This document shows positions 31,441-46,100 of a stretch of 64,000 nt of DNA, in pieces. The stretch covers positions 1,504,001 through 1,568,000 of the forward strand of contig CP068257.2 of assembly GCA_009914755.4 (NCBI GenBank), written 5' to 3'. Position 1 is the stretch's first letter; every line of letters begins with the position of its first letter. A program made the translations under genes and the position numbers. The notes under the pieces are model-generated. The model did no database searches, had not been told where the DNA came from, and worked only from the letters and a program-made list of their open reading frames with translations. This stretch comes from the human T2T-CHM13v2.0 reference genome, Homo sapiens.

Positions 31441-34339
31441 TATTATATACTGTACATAAAATATGAAAGTACATCAAATATATATTTTATTCTGTACATA
31501 AAATAACAAAGTACACCAGATATATATTTTATAGTGTACATAAAATATGAAATTACCCAAACTATACATTACATACTGTACATAAAATATGGAATTACAT
31601 CTAATATATATTATATTAGGTACGTAAAATATGAAAGTACATCAAATATAGATTATATACCATACATAAAATATAAAGGAAACCCAAATATATATGATAT
31701 ACTGTACATGAAATATCAAAGTTCACAAACTATATATTATATACTGTAGATAAAATATCAAAGTACCCAAGGTATATATTCTATACTGTAAAAAAAATAT
31801 CAAAGTACCCAAAGCATGTATTATATACTGTACATAAAATATGAAAGCACATCAAATATATATTATATTAGGTACATAAAATATGAAAGTACATAAAATA
31901 TAAATGATATACTGTACATAAAATATCAAAGTAGCCCAAATATATATTATACAGTGTACATGAAATATCAAAATTTACAAAATATATATTATATAATGTA
32001 CATAAAATATCAAAGTACCCAAAGCAAGTATTATATACTGTACATAAAAGATGAAAGTACATCAAATATATATTTTATTCTGTACATAAAATATCAAAGT
32101 ACACCAGATATATATTTTATAGTGTACATAAAATATCAAAGTACCCAAACTATACATTATATACTGTACATAAAATATGAAATTACGTCAAATATATATT
32201 ATATTAGGTACATAAAATATGAAAGTACATCAAATATAGATTATATACTGTACATAAAATATCAAAGTACCCCAAATATATATTATATACTGTACATCAA
32301 ATATCAAAGTTCACAAACTATATATTATATACTGTACATAAAATATCAAAGTACCCAAGGTATATATTCTATACTGTACAAAAAATATCAAAGTACCCAA
32401 AGCATGTATTATATACTGTACATAAAATATGAAAGTACATCAAATATATATTTTATTCTGTACATAAAACATCAAAGTACACCAGATATATATCCTATAG
32501 TGTACATAAAATATCAAAGTACCCAAACTATACATTATATACTGTACATAAAATATGAAATTACATCAAATATATATTATATTAGTTACCTAAAATATGA
32601 AAGTACATCAAATATAGATTATATACTGTACATAAAATATCAGAGTACCCCAAATATATATTATATACTGTACATGAAATATCAAAGTTCACAAACTATA
32701 TATTATATACTGTACATAAAATATCAAAGTACCCAAGGTATATATTCTATACTGTACAAAAAATATCAAAGTACCCAAAGCATGTATTATATACTGTACA
32801 TAAAAGATGAAAGTACATCAAATATATATTTTATTCTGTACATAAAATAACAAAGTACACCGGATATATATTTTATAGTGTACATAAAATATCAAAGTAC
32901 CCAAACTATACATTACATACTGTGCATAAAATATGAAATTACATCAAATATATATTATATTAGTTACCTAAAATATGAAAGTACATCAAATATAGATTAT
33001 ATACTGTACAGAAAATATGAAAGTACCCCAAATATATATTATACACTGTACATGAAATATGAAAGTTCACAAACTATATATTATATACTGTACATAAAAT
33101 ATCAAAGTACCCAAGGTATATATTTTATACTGTACAAAAAATATCAAAGTACCCAAAGAATGTATTATATACTGTACATAAAATATGAAAGTACATCAAA
33201 TATATATTTGATTCTGTACATAAAATAACAAAGTACACCAGATATGTATTTTATAGTGTACATAAAATATCAAAGTACCGAAACTATATATTACATACTG
33301 TACATAAAATATGCAATTACATCAAATATATATTATATTAGGAACATAAAATATGAAAGTACATCAAATATAGATTATTAACTGTACATAAAATATCAAA
33401 GAACCCCAAATATATATTATATACTGTACATGAGATATCAAACTTCACAAACTATATATTATATACTGTACATAAAATATCAAAGTACCCAAGGTATATA
33501 TTCTATACTATACAAAAAATATCAAAGTACACAAAGCATGTATTATATACTGTACATAAAATATGAAATTACATCAAATATATATTATATTAGGTACATA
33601 AAATATGAAAGTACGTCAAATATATATTATATACTGTACATAAAATATAAAAGTACCCCAAATATATATTATATACTGAACATGAAATATCAAAATACAC
33701 AAACTATATATTATATACTGTACAAAAAATATCAAAGTACCCAAAGCAAGTATTATATACTGTACATAAAATATGAAAGTACATCAAATATATATTTTAT
33801 TCTGTACATAAAATATCAAAGTACACCAGATATATATTTTATAATGTACATAAAACATCAAGGTACACAAACTATACATTATATAGTGTACATAAAATAT
33901 GAAATTACATCAAATATATATTATATTGGATACATAAAATATGAAAGTACATCAAGTATAGATTATTAACTGTACATAAAATATCAAAGAACCCCAAATA
34001 TATATTATATACTGTGCATGAAATATCAAAGTTCACAAACTATATATTATATATTGTACATAAAATATCAAAGTACCCAAGGTTTATATTCTGTACTGTA
34101 CAAAAAATATCAAAGTACCCAAAGCATGTATTATATACTGTACATAAAATATGAAATTACATCAAATATACATTATATTAGGTACATAAAATATGAAAGT
34201 ACATCAAATATATATTTTATTCTGTACATAAAATATCAAAGTACACCAGATATATATTTTATAGTGTACATAAAATATCAAATTACCCAAACTATACATT
34301 ATATCCTGTACATAAAATATGAAATTACATCAAATATAT

Positions 34340-37300
34340 ATTATATTAGGTACATAAAATATGAAAGTACATCAAATATAGATTATATACTGTACATAAA
34401 ATATAAAAGTACCCCAAATATATATTATATACTGTACATGAAATATCAAAATACAGAAACTATATATTATATACTGTACAAAAAATATCAAAGTACCCAA
34501 AGCAAGTATTATATACTGTACATAAAAGATGAAAGTACATCAAATATATATTCTATTCTGTACATAAATTATCAAAGTACACCAGATATATATTTTATAG
34601 TGTACTTAAAACATCAAGGTACACAAACTATACATTATATACTGTACATAAAATATGAAATTACATCAAATATATATTATATTGGGTACATAAAATATGA
34701 AAGCACATCAAATATAGATTAACTGTACATAAAATATCAAAGAACCCGAAATATATATTATATACTGTACATGAAATATCAAAGTTCACAAACTATATAT
34801 TATATACTGTACATAAAATATCAAGGTACCCAAGGTATATATTCTATATTGTATAAAAAATATCAAAGTACCCAAAGCATGTATTATATACTGTACATAA
34901 AATATGAGAGTACATCAAATATATATTTTATTCTGTACATAAAATATCAAAGTACACCAGATATATATTTTATAGTGTACATAAAATATCAAAGTACCCA
35001 AACCATACATTATATACTGTACATAAAATATGAAATTACATCAAATATATATTATATTAGGTACATAAAATATGAAAGTACATAAAATATAGATGATATA
35101 CTGTACATAAAATATCAAAGTAGCCCAAATATATATTATACAGTGTACATGAACTATCAAAATTTACAAAATATATATTATATAATGTACATAAAATATC
35201 AAAATACCCAAAACAAGTATTATATACTGTACATAAAAGATGAAAGTACATCAAATATATATTTTATTCTGTACATAAAATATCAAAGTACACCAGATAT
35301 ATATTTTATAGTGTACATAAAATATCAAGGTAACCAAACTATACATTATATACTGTACATAAAATATGAAATTACATCAAATATATATTATATTAGGTAC
35401 GTAAAATATGAAATTACATCAAATATAGATTATATACTGTACATAAAATATAAAAGTACCCCAAATATATATTATATACTGTACATGAAATATCAAAATA
35501 CAGAAACTATATATTATATACTGTACAAAAAATATCAAAGTACCCAAAGCAAGTATTATATACTGTACATAAAAGATGAAAGTACATCAAATATATATTC
35601 TATTCTGTACATAAATTATCAAAGTACACCAGATATATATTTTATAGTGTACATAAAACATCAAGGTACACAAACTATACATTATATACTGTACATAAAA
35701 TATGAAATTACATCAAATATATATTATATTGGGTACATAAAATATGAAAGCACATCAAATATAGATTAACTGTACATAAAATATCAAAGAACCCGAAATA
35801 TATATTATATACTGTACATGAAATATCAAAGTTCACAAACTATATATTATATACTGTACATAAAATATCAAGGTACCCAAGGTATATATTCTATACTGTA
35901 CAAAAAATATCAAAGTACCCAAAGCATGTATTATATACTGTACATAAAATATGAGAGTACATCAAATATATATTTTATTCTGTACATAAAATATCAAAGT
36001 ACACCAGATATATATTTTATAGTGTACATAAAATATCAAAGTACCCAAACTATACATTATATACTGTACATAAAATATGAAATTACATCAAATATATATT
36101 ATATTAGGTACATAAAATATGAAAGTACATAAAATATAGATGATATACTGTACATAAAATATCAAAGTAGCCCAAATATATATTATACAGTGTACATGAA
36201 ATATCAAAATTTACAAAATATATATTATATAATGTACATAAAATATCAAAATACCCAAAACAATTATTATATACTGTACATAAAAGATGAAAGTACATCA
36301 AATATATATTTTATTCTGTACATAAAATATCAAAGTACACCAGATATATATTTTATAGTGTACATAAAATATCAAGGTAACCAAACTATACATTATATAC
36401 TGTACATAAAATATGAAATTACATCAAATATATATTATATTAGGTACGTAAAATATGAAATTACATCAAATACAGATTATATACTGTACATAAAATATAA
36501 AAGAACCCCAAATATATATTATATATTGTACATGAAATATCAAAATACAGAAACTATATATTATATACTGTACAAAAAATATCAAAGTACCCAAAGCAAG
36601 TATTATATACTGTACATAAAAGATGAAAGTACATCAAATATATATTCTATTCTGTACATAAATTATCAAAGTACACCAGATATATATTTTATAGTGTACA
36701 TAAAACATCAAGGTACACAAACTATACATTATATACTGTACATAAAATATGAAATTACATCAAATATATATTATATTGGGTACATAAAATATGAAAGCAC
36801 ATGAAATATAGATTAACTGTACATAAAATATCAAAGAACCCGAAATATATATTATAAACTGTACATGAAATATCAAAGTTCACAAACTATATATTATATA
36901 CTGTACATAAAATATCAAGGTACCCAAGGTATATATTCTCTACTGTACAAAAAATATCAAAGTACCCAAAGCATGTATTATATACTGTACATAAAATATG
37001 AGAGTACATAAAATATATATTTTATTCTGTACATAAAATATCAAAGTACACCAGATATATATTTTATAGTGTACATAAAATATCAAAGTACCCAAACTAT
37101 ACATTATATACTGTACATAAAATATGAAATTACATCAAATATATATTATATTAGGTACATAAAATATGAAAGTACATAAAATATAGATGATATACTGTAC
37201 ATAAAATATCAAAGTAGCCCAAATATATATTATACAGTGTACATGAAATATCAAAATTTACAAAATATATATTATATAATGTACATAAAATATCAAAATA

Positions 37301-37900
37301 CCCAAAACAAGTATTATATACTGTACATAAAAGATGAAAGTACATCAAATATATATTTTATTCTGTACATAAAATATCAAAGTACACCAGATATATATTT
37401 TATAGTGTACATAAAATATCAAGGTAACCAAACTATACATTATATACTGTACATAAAATATGAAATTACATCAAATATATATTATATTAGGTACGTAAAA
37501 TATGAAAGTACATCAAATATAGATTATATACTGTATATAAAATATAAAAGAACCCCAAATATATATTATATACTCTACTTGAAATATCAAAGATCACAAA
37601 CTATATATTATATACTGTACATAAAATATGAATATACCCAAGGTATATATTCTATACTGTACAAAAAATATCAAAGTACCCAAAGCATGTATTATATACT
37701 GTACATAAAATATGTAACTACATCAAATATATATTTAATTCTGTACATAAAATAACAAAGTACACCAGATATATGTTTTATAGTGTACATAAAATATCAA
37801 AGTACCCAAACTATACATTACATACTGTACATAAAATATGAAATTACATCAAATATATATTATATTAGGAACATAAAATATGAAAGTACATCAAATATAG
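34340..37900. repeat. About 3.4 tandem copies of a ~1047-bp (25-monomer) HOR.
   Basis: Spacing of 1047 bp: 34771 to 35818, 35057(-) to 36104(-) to 37151(-), and the ends of ORFs 34018..34722 and 35143..35769 (34722 to 35769). Confidence 0.75.
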
Positions 37901-40126
37901 ATTATTAACTGTACATAAAATATCAAAGAACCCCAAATATATATTATATACTGTACATGAGATATCAAACTTCACAAACTATATATTATATACTGTAGAT
38001 AAAATATCAACGTACCCAAGGTATATATTCTATACTGTACAAAAAATATCAAAGTACCCAAAGCATGTATTATATACTGTATATAAAATATGAAAGTACA
38101 TCAAATATATATTTTATTCTGTACATAAAATATTAAAGTACACCAGATATATATTTTATAGTGTACATAAAATATAAAGTACCCAAACTATACATTACAT
38201 ACTGTACATAAAATATGAAATTACATCAAATATATATTATATTAGGTACATAAAATATGAAAGTACATCAAATATAGATTATTAACTGTACATAAAATAT
38301 CAAAGAACCCCAAATATATATTATATACTGTACATGAAATATCAAACTTCACAAACTATATATTATATACTGTACATAAAATATAAAAGTACCCAAGGTA
38401 TATATTCTATACTGTACAAAAAATATCAAAGTACCCAAAGCATGTGTTATATACTGTACATAAAATATGAAAGTACATCAAATATATATTTTATTCTGTA
38501 CATAAAATATCAAAGTACACCAGATATATATTTTATAGTGTACATAAAATATCAAAATACCCAAAGTATACATTATAAACTGTACATAAAATATGAAAGT
38601 ACATCAAATATAGATAATTAACTGTACATAAAATATCAAAGTACCCCAAATATATATTATATACTGTACATGAGATATCAAACTTCACAAACTATATATT
38701 ATATACTGTAGATAAAATATCAACGTACCCAAGGTATATATTCTACACTGTACAAAAAATATCAAAGTACCCAAAATATGTATTATATACTGTATATAAA
38801 ATATGAAAGTACATCAAATATAAATTTTATTCTGTACATAAAATATCAAAGTACACCAGATATATATTTTATAGTGTACAGAAAATATCAAAGTACCCAA
38901 ACTATACATTATATACTGTACATAAAATATGAAATTACATCAAATATATATTATATTAGGTACATAAAATATGAAAGTACATAAAATATAGATGATATAC
39001 TGTACATAAAGTATCAAAGTAGCCCAAAGTTATATTATACAGTGTACATGAAATATCAAAATTTACAAAATATATATTATATAATGTACATAAAATATCA
39101 AAGTACCCAAAGCAAGTATTATATACTGTACATAAAAGATGAAAGTACATCAAATATATATTTTATTCTCTACGTAAAATATCAAAGTACACCAGATATA
39201 TATTTTATAGTGTACATAAAATATCAAAGTACCCAAACTATACATTACATACTGTACATAAAATATGAAATTACATGAAATATATATTATTTTAGGAACA
39301 TAAATATGAAAGTACATCAAATATAGATTATTAACTGTACATAGAATATCAAAGAACCCCAAATATATATTATATACTGTACATGAGATATCAAACTTCA
39401 CAAACTATATATTATATACTGTACATAAAATATCAAACTACCCAAGGTATATATTCTATACTGTACAAAAAATATCAAAATACCCAAAGCATGTATTATA
39501 TACTGTACATAAAATATGAAAGTATATCAAATATATATTTTATTCTGTACATAAAATATCAAAGTACACCAGATATATATTTTATAGTGTACATAAAATA
39601 TCAAAGTACCCAAACTATACATTATATACTGTACATAAAATATGAAATTACATCAAATATATATTAGGTACATAAAATATGAAAGTACATCAAATATAGA
39701 TTATACTGTACATATAATATCAATGTACCCCAAATATATATTTTATACTCTACATGAAATATCAAAGTTCACAAACCATACATTATATACTGTACATAAA
39801 AAATCAAAGTACCCAAGGTATATATTCTATACTGTACAAAAAATATCAAAGTACCCAAAGCATGTATTATATACTGTATATAAAATATGAAAGTACATCA
39901 AATATATATTTTATTCTGTACATAAAATATCAAAGTACACCAGATATATATTCTATAGTGTACATATAATAACAAAGTACACAAACTATACATTATATAC
40001 TGTACATAAAATATGAAATTACATCAAATATATATTAGGTACATAAAATATGAAAGTACATCAAATATAGATTATATACTGTACATATAATATCAATGTA
40101 CCCCAAATATATATTTTATACTCTAC

Positions 40127-43100
40127 ATGAAATATCAAAGTTCACAAACCATACATTATATACTGTACATAAAAAATCAAAGTACCCAAGGTATATATTC
40201 TATACTGTACAAAAAATATCAAAGTACCCAAAGCATGTATTATATACTGTACATAAAATATGAAGGTACATCAAATATATATTTTATTCTGTACATAAAA
40301 TATCAAAGTACACCAGATATATATTTTATAGTGTACATAAAATATCAAATTACCCAAACTATACATTATATCCTGTACATAAAATATGAAATTACATCAA
40401 ATATATATTATATTAGGTACATAAAATATGAAAGTACATCAAATATAGATTATATACTGTACATAAAATATAAAAGTACCCCAAATATATATTATATACT
40501 GTACATGAAATATCAAAATACAGAAACTATATATTATATACTGTACAAAAAATATCAAAGTACCCAAAGCAAGTATTATATACTGTACATAAAAGATGAA
40601 AGTACATCAAATATATATTCTATTCTGTACATAAATTATCAAAGTACACCAGATATATATTTTATAGTGTACTTAAAACATCAAGGTACACAAACTATAC
40701 ATTATATACTGTACATAAAATATGAAATTACATCAAATATATATTATATTGGGTACATAAAATATGAAAGCACATCAAATATAGATTAACTGTACATAAA
40801 ATATCAAAGAACCCGAAATATATATTATATACTGTACATGAAATATCAAAGTTCACAAACTATATATTATATACTGTACATAAAATATCAAGGTACCCAA
40901 GGTATATATTCTATATTGTATAAAAAATATCAAAGTACCCAAAGCATGTATTATATACTGTACATAAAATATGAGAGTACATCAAATATATATTTTATTC
41001 TGTACATAAAATATCAAAGTACACCAGATATATATTTTATAGTGTACATAAAATATCAAAGTACCCAAACCATACATTATATACTGTACATAAAATATGA
41101 AATTACATCAAATATATATTATATTAGGTACATAAAATATGAAAGTACATAAAATATAGATGATATACTGTACATAAAATATCAAAGTAGCCCAAATATA
41201 TATTATACAGTGTACATGAAATATCAAAATTTACAAAATATATATTATATAATGTACATAAAATATCAAAATACCCAAAACAAGTATTATATACTGTACA
41301 TAAAAGATGAAAGTACATCAAATATATATTTTATTCTGTACATAAAATATCAAAGTACACCAGATATATATTTTATAGTGTACATAAAATATCAAGGTAA
41401 CCAAACTATACATTATATACTGTACATAAAATATGAAATTACATCAAATATATATTATATTAGGTACGTAAAATATGAAATTACATCAAATATAGATTAT
41501 ATACTGTACATAAAATATAAAAGTACCCCAAATATATATTATATACTGTACATGAAATATCAAAATACAGAAACTATATATTATATACTGTACAAAAAAT
41601 ATCAAAGTACCCAAAGCAAGTATTATATACTGTACATAAAAGATGAAAGTACATCAAATATATATTCTATTCTGTACATAAATTATCAAAGTACACCAGA
41701 TATATATTTTATAGTGTACATAAAACATCAAGGTACACAAACTATACATTATATACTGTACATAAAATATGAAATTACATCAAATATATATTATATTGGG
41801 TACATAAAATATGAAAGCACATCAAATATAGATTAACTGTACATAAAATATCAAAGAACCCGAAATATATATTATATACTGTACATGAAATATCAAAGTT
41901 CACAAACTATATATTATATACTGTACATAAAATATCAAGGTACCCAAGGTATATATTCTGTACTGTACAAAAAATATCAAAGTACCCAAAGCATGTATTA
42001 TATACTGTACATAAAATATGAGAGTACATCAAATATATATTTTATTCTGTACATAAAATATCAAAGTACACCAGATATATATTTTATAGTGTACATAAAA
42101 TATCAAAGTACCCAAACTATACATTATATACTGTACATAAAATATGAAATTACATCAAATATATATTATATTAGGTACATAAAATATGAAAGTACATAAA
42201 ATATAGATGATATACTGTACATAAAATATCAAAGTAGCCCAAATATATATTATACAGTGTACATGAAATATCAAAATTTACAAAATATATATTATATAAT
42301 GTACATAAAATATCAAAATACCCAAAACAATTATTATATACTGTACATAAAAGATGAAAGTACATCAAATATATATTTTATTCTGTACATAAAATATCAA
42401 AGTACACCAGATATATATTTTATAGTGTACATAAAATATCAAGGTAACCAAACTATACATTATATACTGTACATAAAATATGAAATTACATCAAATATAT
42501 ATTATATTAGGTACGTAAAATATGAAATTACATCAAATACAGATTATATACTGTACATAAAATATAAAAGAACCCCAAATATATATTATATATTGTACAT
42601 GAAATATCAAAATACAGAAACTATATATTATATACTGTACAAAAAATATCAAAGTACCCAAAGCAAGTATTATATACTGTACATAAAAGATGAAAGTACA
42701 TCAAATATATATTCTATTCTGTACATAAATTATCAAAGTACACCAGATATATATTTTATAGTGTACATAAAACATCAAGGTACACAAACTATACATTATA
42801 TACTGTACATAAAATATGAAATTACATCAAATATATATTATATTGGGTACATAAAATATGAAAGCACATGAAATATAGATTAACTGTACATAAAATATCA
42901 AAGAACCCGAAATATATATTATAAACTGTACATGAAATATCAAAGTTCACAAACTATATATTATATACTGTACATAAAATATCAAGGTACCCAAGGTATA
43001 TATTCTCTACTGTACAAAAAATATCAAAGTACCCAAAGCATGTATTATATACTGTACATAAAATATGAGAGTACATAAAATATATATTTTATTCTGTACA
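40127..43100. repeat. Second run of the 1047-bp HOR, a near-exact copy of about 34060-37030 (offset 6067 bp).
   Basis: ORF pairs at offset 6067: 34771 with 40838, 35057(-) with 41124(-), 35143 with 41210, 36104(-) with 42171(-), and 36190 with 42257. Internal 1047-bp spacing: 40838 to 41885 and 41124 to 42171. Confidence 0.75.
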
Positions 43101-46100
43101 TAAAATATCAAAGTACACCAGATATATATTATATAGTGTACATAAAATAACAAAGTACACAAACTATAAATTATATACTGTACATAAAATATGAAATTAC
43201 ATCAAATATATATTAGGTACATAAAATATGAAAGTACATCAAATATAGATTATATACTGTACATATAATATCAATGTACCCCAAATATATATTTTATACT
43301 CTTCATGAAATATCAAAGTTCACAAACCATATATTATATACTGTACATAAAATATCAAAGTACCCAAGGTATATATTCTATACTATACAAAAAATATCAA
43401 AGTACCCAAAGCATGTATTATATACTGTACATAAAATATGAAAGTACATCAAATATATATTTTATTCTGTACATAAAATATCAAAGTACACCAGATATAT
43501 ATTCTATAGTGTACATAAAATATCAAAAGTACCCAAACTATACATTATATACTGTACATAAAATATGAAATTACATCAAATATATATTATATTAGCTACA
43601 TAAAATATGAAAGTACATCAAATATAGATTATATACTGTACATTAAATACCAAAATACCCCAAATATATATTTTATACTCTACATGAAATATCAAAGTTC
43701 ACAAACCATATATTATATACTGTACATAAAATATCAAAGTACCCAAGGTATATATTCTATACTGTACAAAAAATATCAAAGTACCCAAAGAATGTATTAT
43801 ATACTGTACATAAAATATGAAATTACATCAAATATATATTTTATTCTGTACATAAAACATCAAAGTACACCAGATATATATTCTATAGTGTACATAAAAT
43901 ATCAAAGTACCCAAACTATACATTATATACTGTACATAAAATATGAAATTACATCAAATATATATTATATTAGGTACATAAAATATGAAAGTACATCAGA
44001 TATAGATTATATACTGGACATAAAATATCAAAGTACCCCAAATATATATTATATACTCTACATGAAATATCAAAGTTCACAAACTATATATTATATACTG
44101 TACATAAAATATCAAAGTACCCTAGGTATATATTCTATACTGTACAAAAAATATCAAAGTACCCAAAGCATGTAATATATACTGTATACAAAATATGAAT
44201 ATACATTAAATATATATTTTATTCTCTACATAAAATATCAAAGTACACCAGATATGTATTCTATAGTGTACATAAAATAACAAAGTACACAAACTATAAA
44301 TTATATACTGTACGTAAAATATGAAATTACATCAAATATATATTAGGTACATAAAATATGAAGGTACATCAGATATAGATTATATACTGCACATATAATA
44401 TCAATGTACCCCAAATATATATTTTATACTCTACATGAAATATCAAAGTTCACAAACGATACATTATATACTGTACATAAAATATCAAATTACCCAAGGT
44501 ATATATTCTATACTGTACGAAAAATATCAAAGTACCCAAAGCATGTATTATATACTGTACATAAAATATGAAAGTACATCAAATATATATTTTATTCTGT
44601 ACATAAAATATCAAAGTACACCAGATATATATTCTATAGTGTACATAAAATATCAAAGTACCCAAACTATACATTATATACTGTACGTAAAATATGAAAT
44701 TACATCAAATATATATTAGGTACATAAAATATGAAAGTATATCAAATATAGATTATATACTGTACATATAATATCAATGTACCCCAAATATATATTTTAC
44801 ACTCTACATGAAATATCAAAATTCACAAACCATATATTATATACTGTACATAAAATATCAATGTACCCAAGGTATATATTCTATACTGTACAAAAAATAT
44901 CAAAGTACCCAAAGCATGTATTATATACTGTACATAAAATATGAAAGTACATCAAATATATATTTTATTCTGTACATAAAATATCAAAGTACACCAGATA
45001 TATATTCTATAGTGTACATAATATATCAAAGTACCCAAACTATACATTATATACTGTACATAAAATATGAAATTACATCAAATATATATTATATTAGGTA
45101 CATAAAATATGAAAGCACATCAAATATAGATTATATACTGTACATGAAATACCAAAGTACCCCAAATATATATTTTATACGGTACATGAAATATCAAAGT
45201 TCACAAACTATATATTATATACGGTACATGAAATATCAAAGTTCACAAACTATATATTATATACTGTATATAAAATATCAAAGTACCCAAGGTATATATT
45301 CTATACTGTACAAAAAATATCAAAGTACCCAAAGCATGTATTATATACTGTACATAAAATATGAAAGTACATCAAATATATATTTTATTCTGTACATAAA
45401 ATATCAAAGTACACCAGATATATATTCTATAGTGTACATAATATATCAAAGTACCCAAACTATACATTATATACTGTACATAAAATATGAAATTACATCA
45501 AATATATATTATATTAGGTACATAAAATATGAAAGCACATCAAATATAGATTATATACTGTACATGAAATACCAAAGTACCCCAAATATATATTTTATAC
45601 GGTACATGAAATATCAAAGTTCACAAACTATATATTATATACGGTACATGAAATATCAAAGTTCACAAACTATATATTATATACTGTATATAAAATATCA
45701 AAGTACCCAAGGTATATATTCTATACTGTACAAAAAATATCAAAGTACCCAAAGCATGTATTATATACTGTACATAAAATATGAAAGTACATCAAATATA
45801 TATTTTATTCTGTACAGAAAATATCAAAGTACACCAGATATATATTCTATAGTGTACATAAAATATCAAAGTACCCAAACTATACATTATATACTGTACA
45901 TAAAATATGAAATTACATCAAATTTATATTAGGTACATAAAATATGAAAGTACATCAAATATAGATTATACACTGTACATAAAATATCAAAGTACCCCAA
46001 ATATATATTATATACTCTACATGAAATATCAAAGTTCACAAACTATATATTATATACTGTACATAAAATATCCAAGTACCCAAGGTATATATTCTATACT

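Larger units (their letters stand above)
18200..32200. repeat. Beta domain. A distinct monomer-variant set with long, nested tandem duplications of about 2519, 2392 and 3737 bp.
   Basis: Diagnostic variants: TATATATTTTATAG; GGAATTACATC; TAGGTACGTAAAAT; CCATACATAAAATATAAAGGAACCCC; TACAGTGTACATGAAATATCAAAATTTACAAAATATATATTATATAATGTACAT. The last of these creates a 198-bp stop-free antisense frame, the 'MMYFHLLCTVY...' minus-strand ORFs. Confidence 0.75.
32200..43100. repeat. Gamma (hybrid) domain. It mixes alpha-like and beta-like monomers with its own variants and includes a 25-monomer (~1047 bp) HOR.
   Basis: Variants: GAGATATCAAACTTCACAAAC; GGAACATAAAATATGAAAGTACATCAAATATAGATTATTAACTGTACATAAAATATCAAAGAACCCC; CATAAAACATCAAGGTACACAAAC. 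The beta-type 198-bp antisense frame recurs at 35057, 36104, 37151, 38956, 41124 and 42171. Confidence 0.7.
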
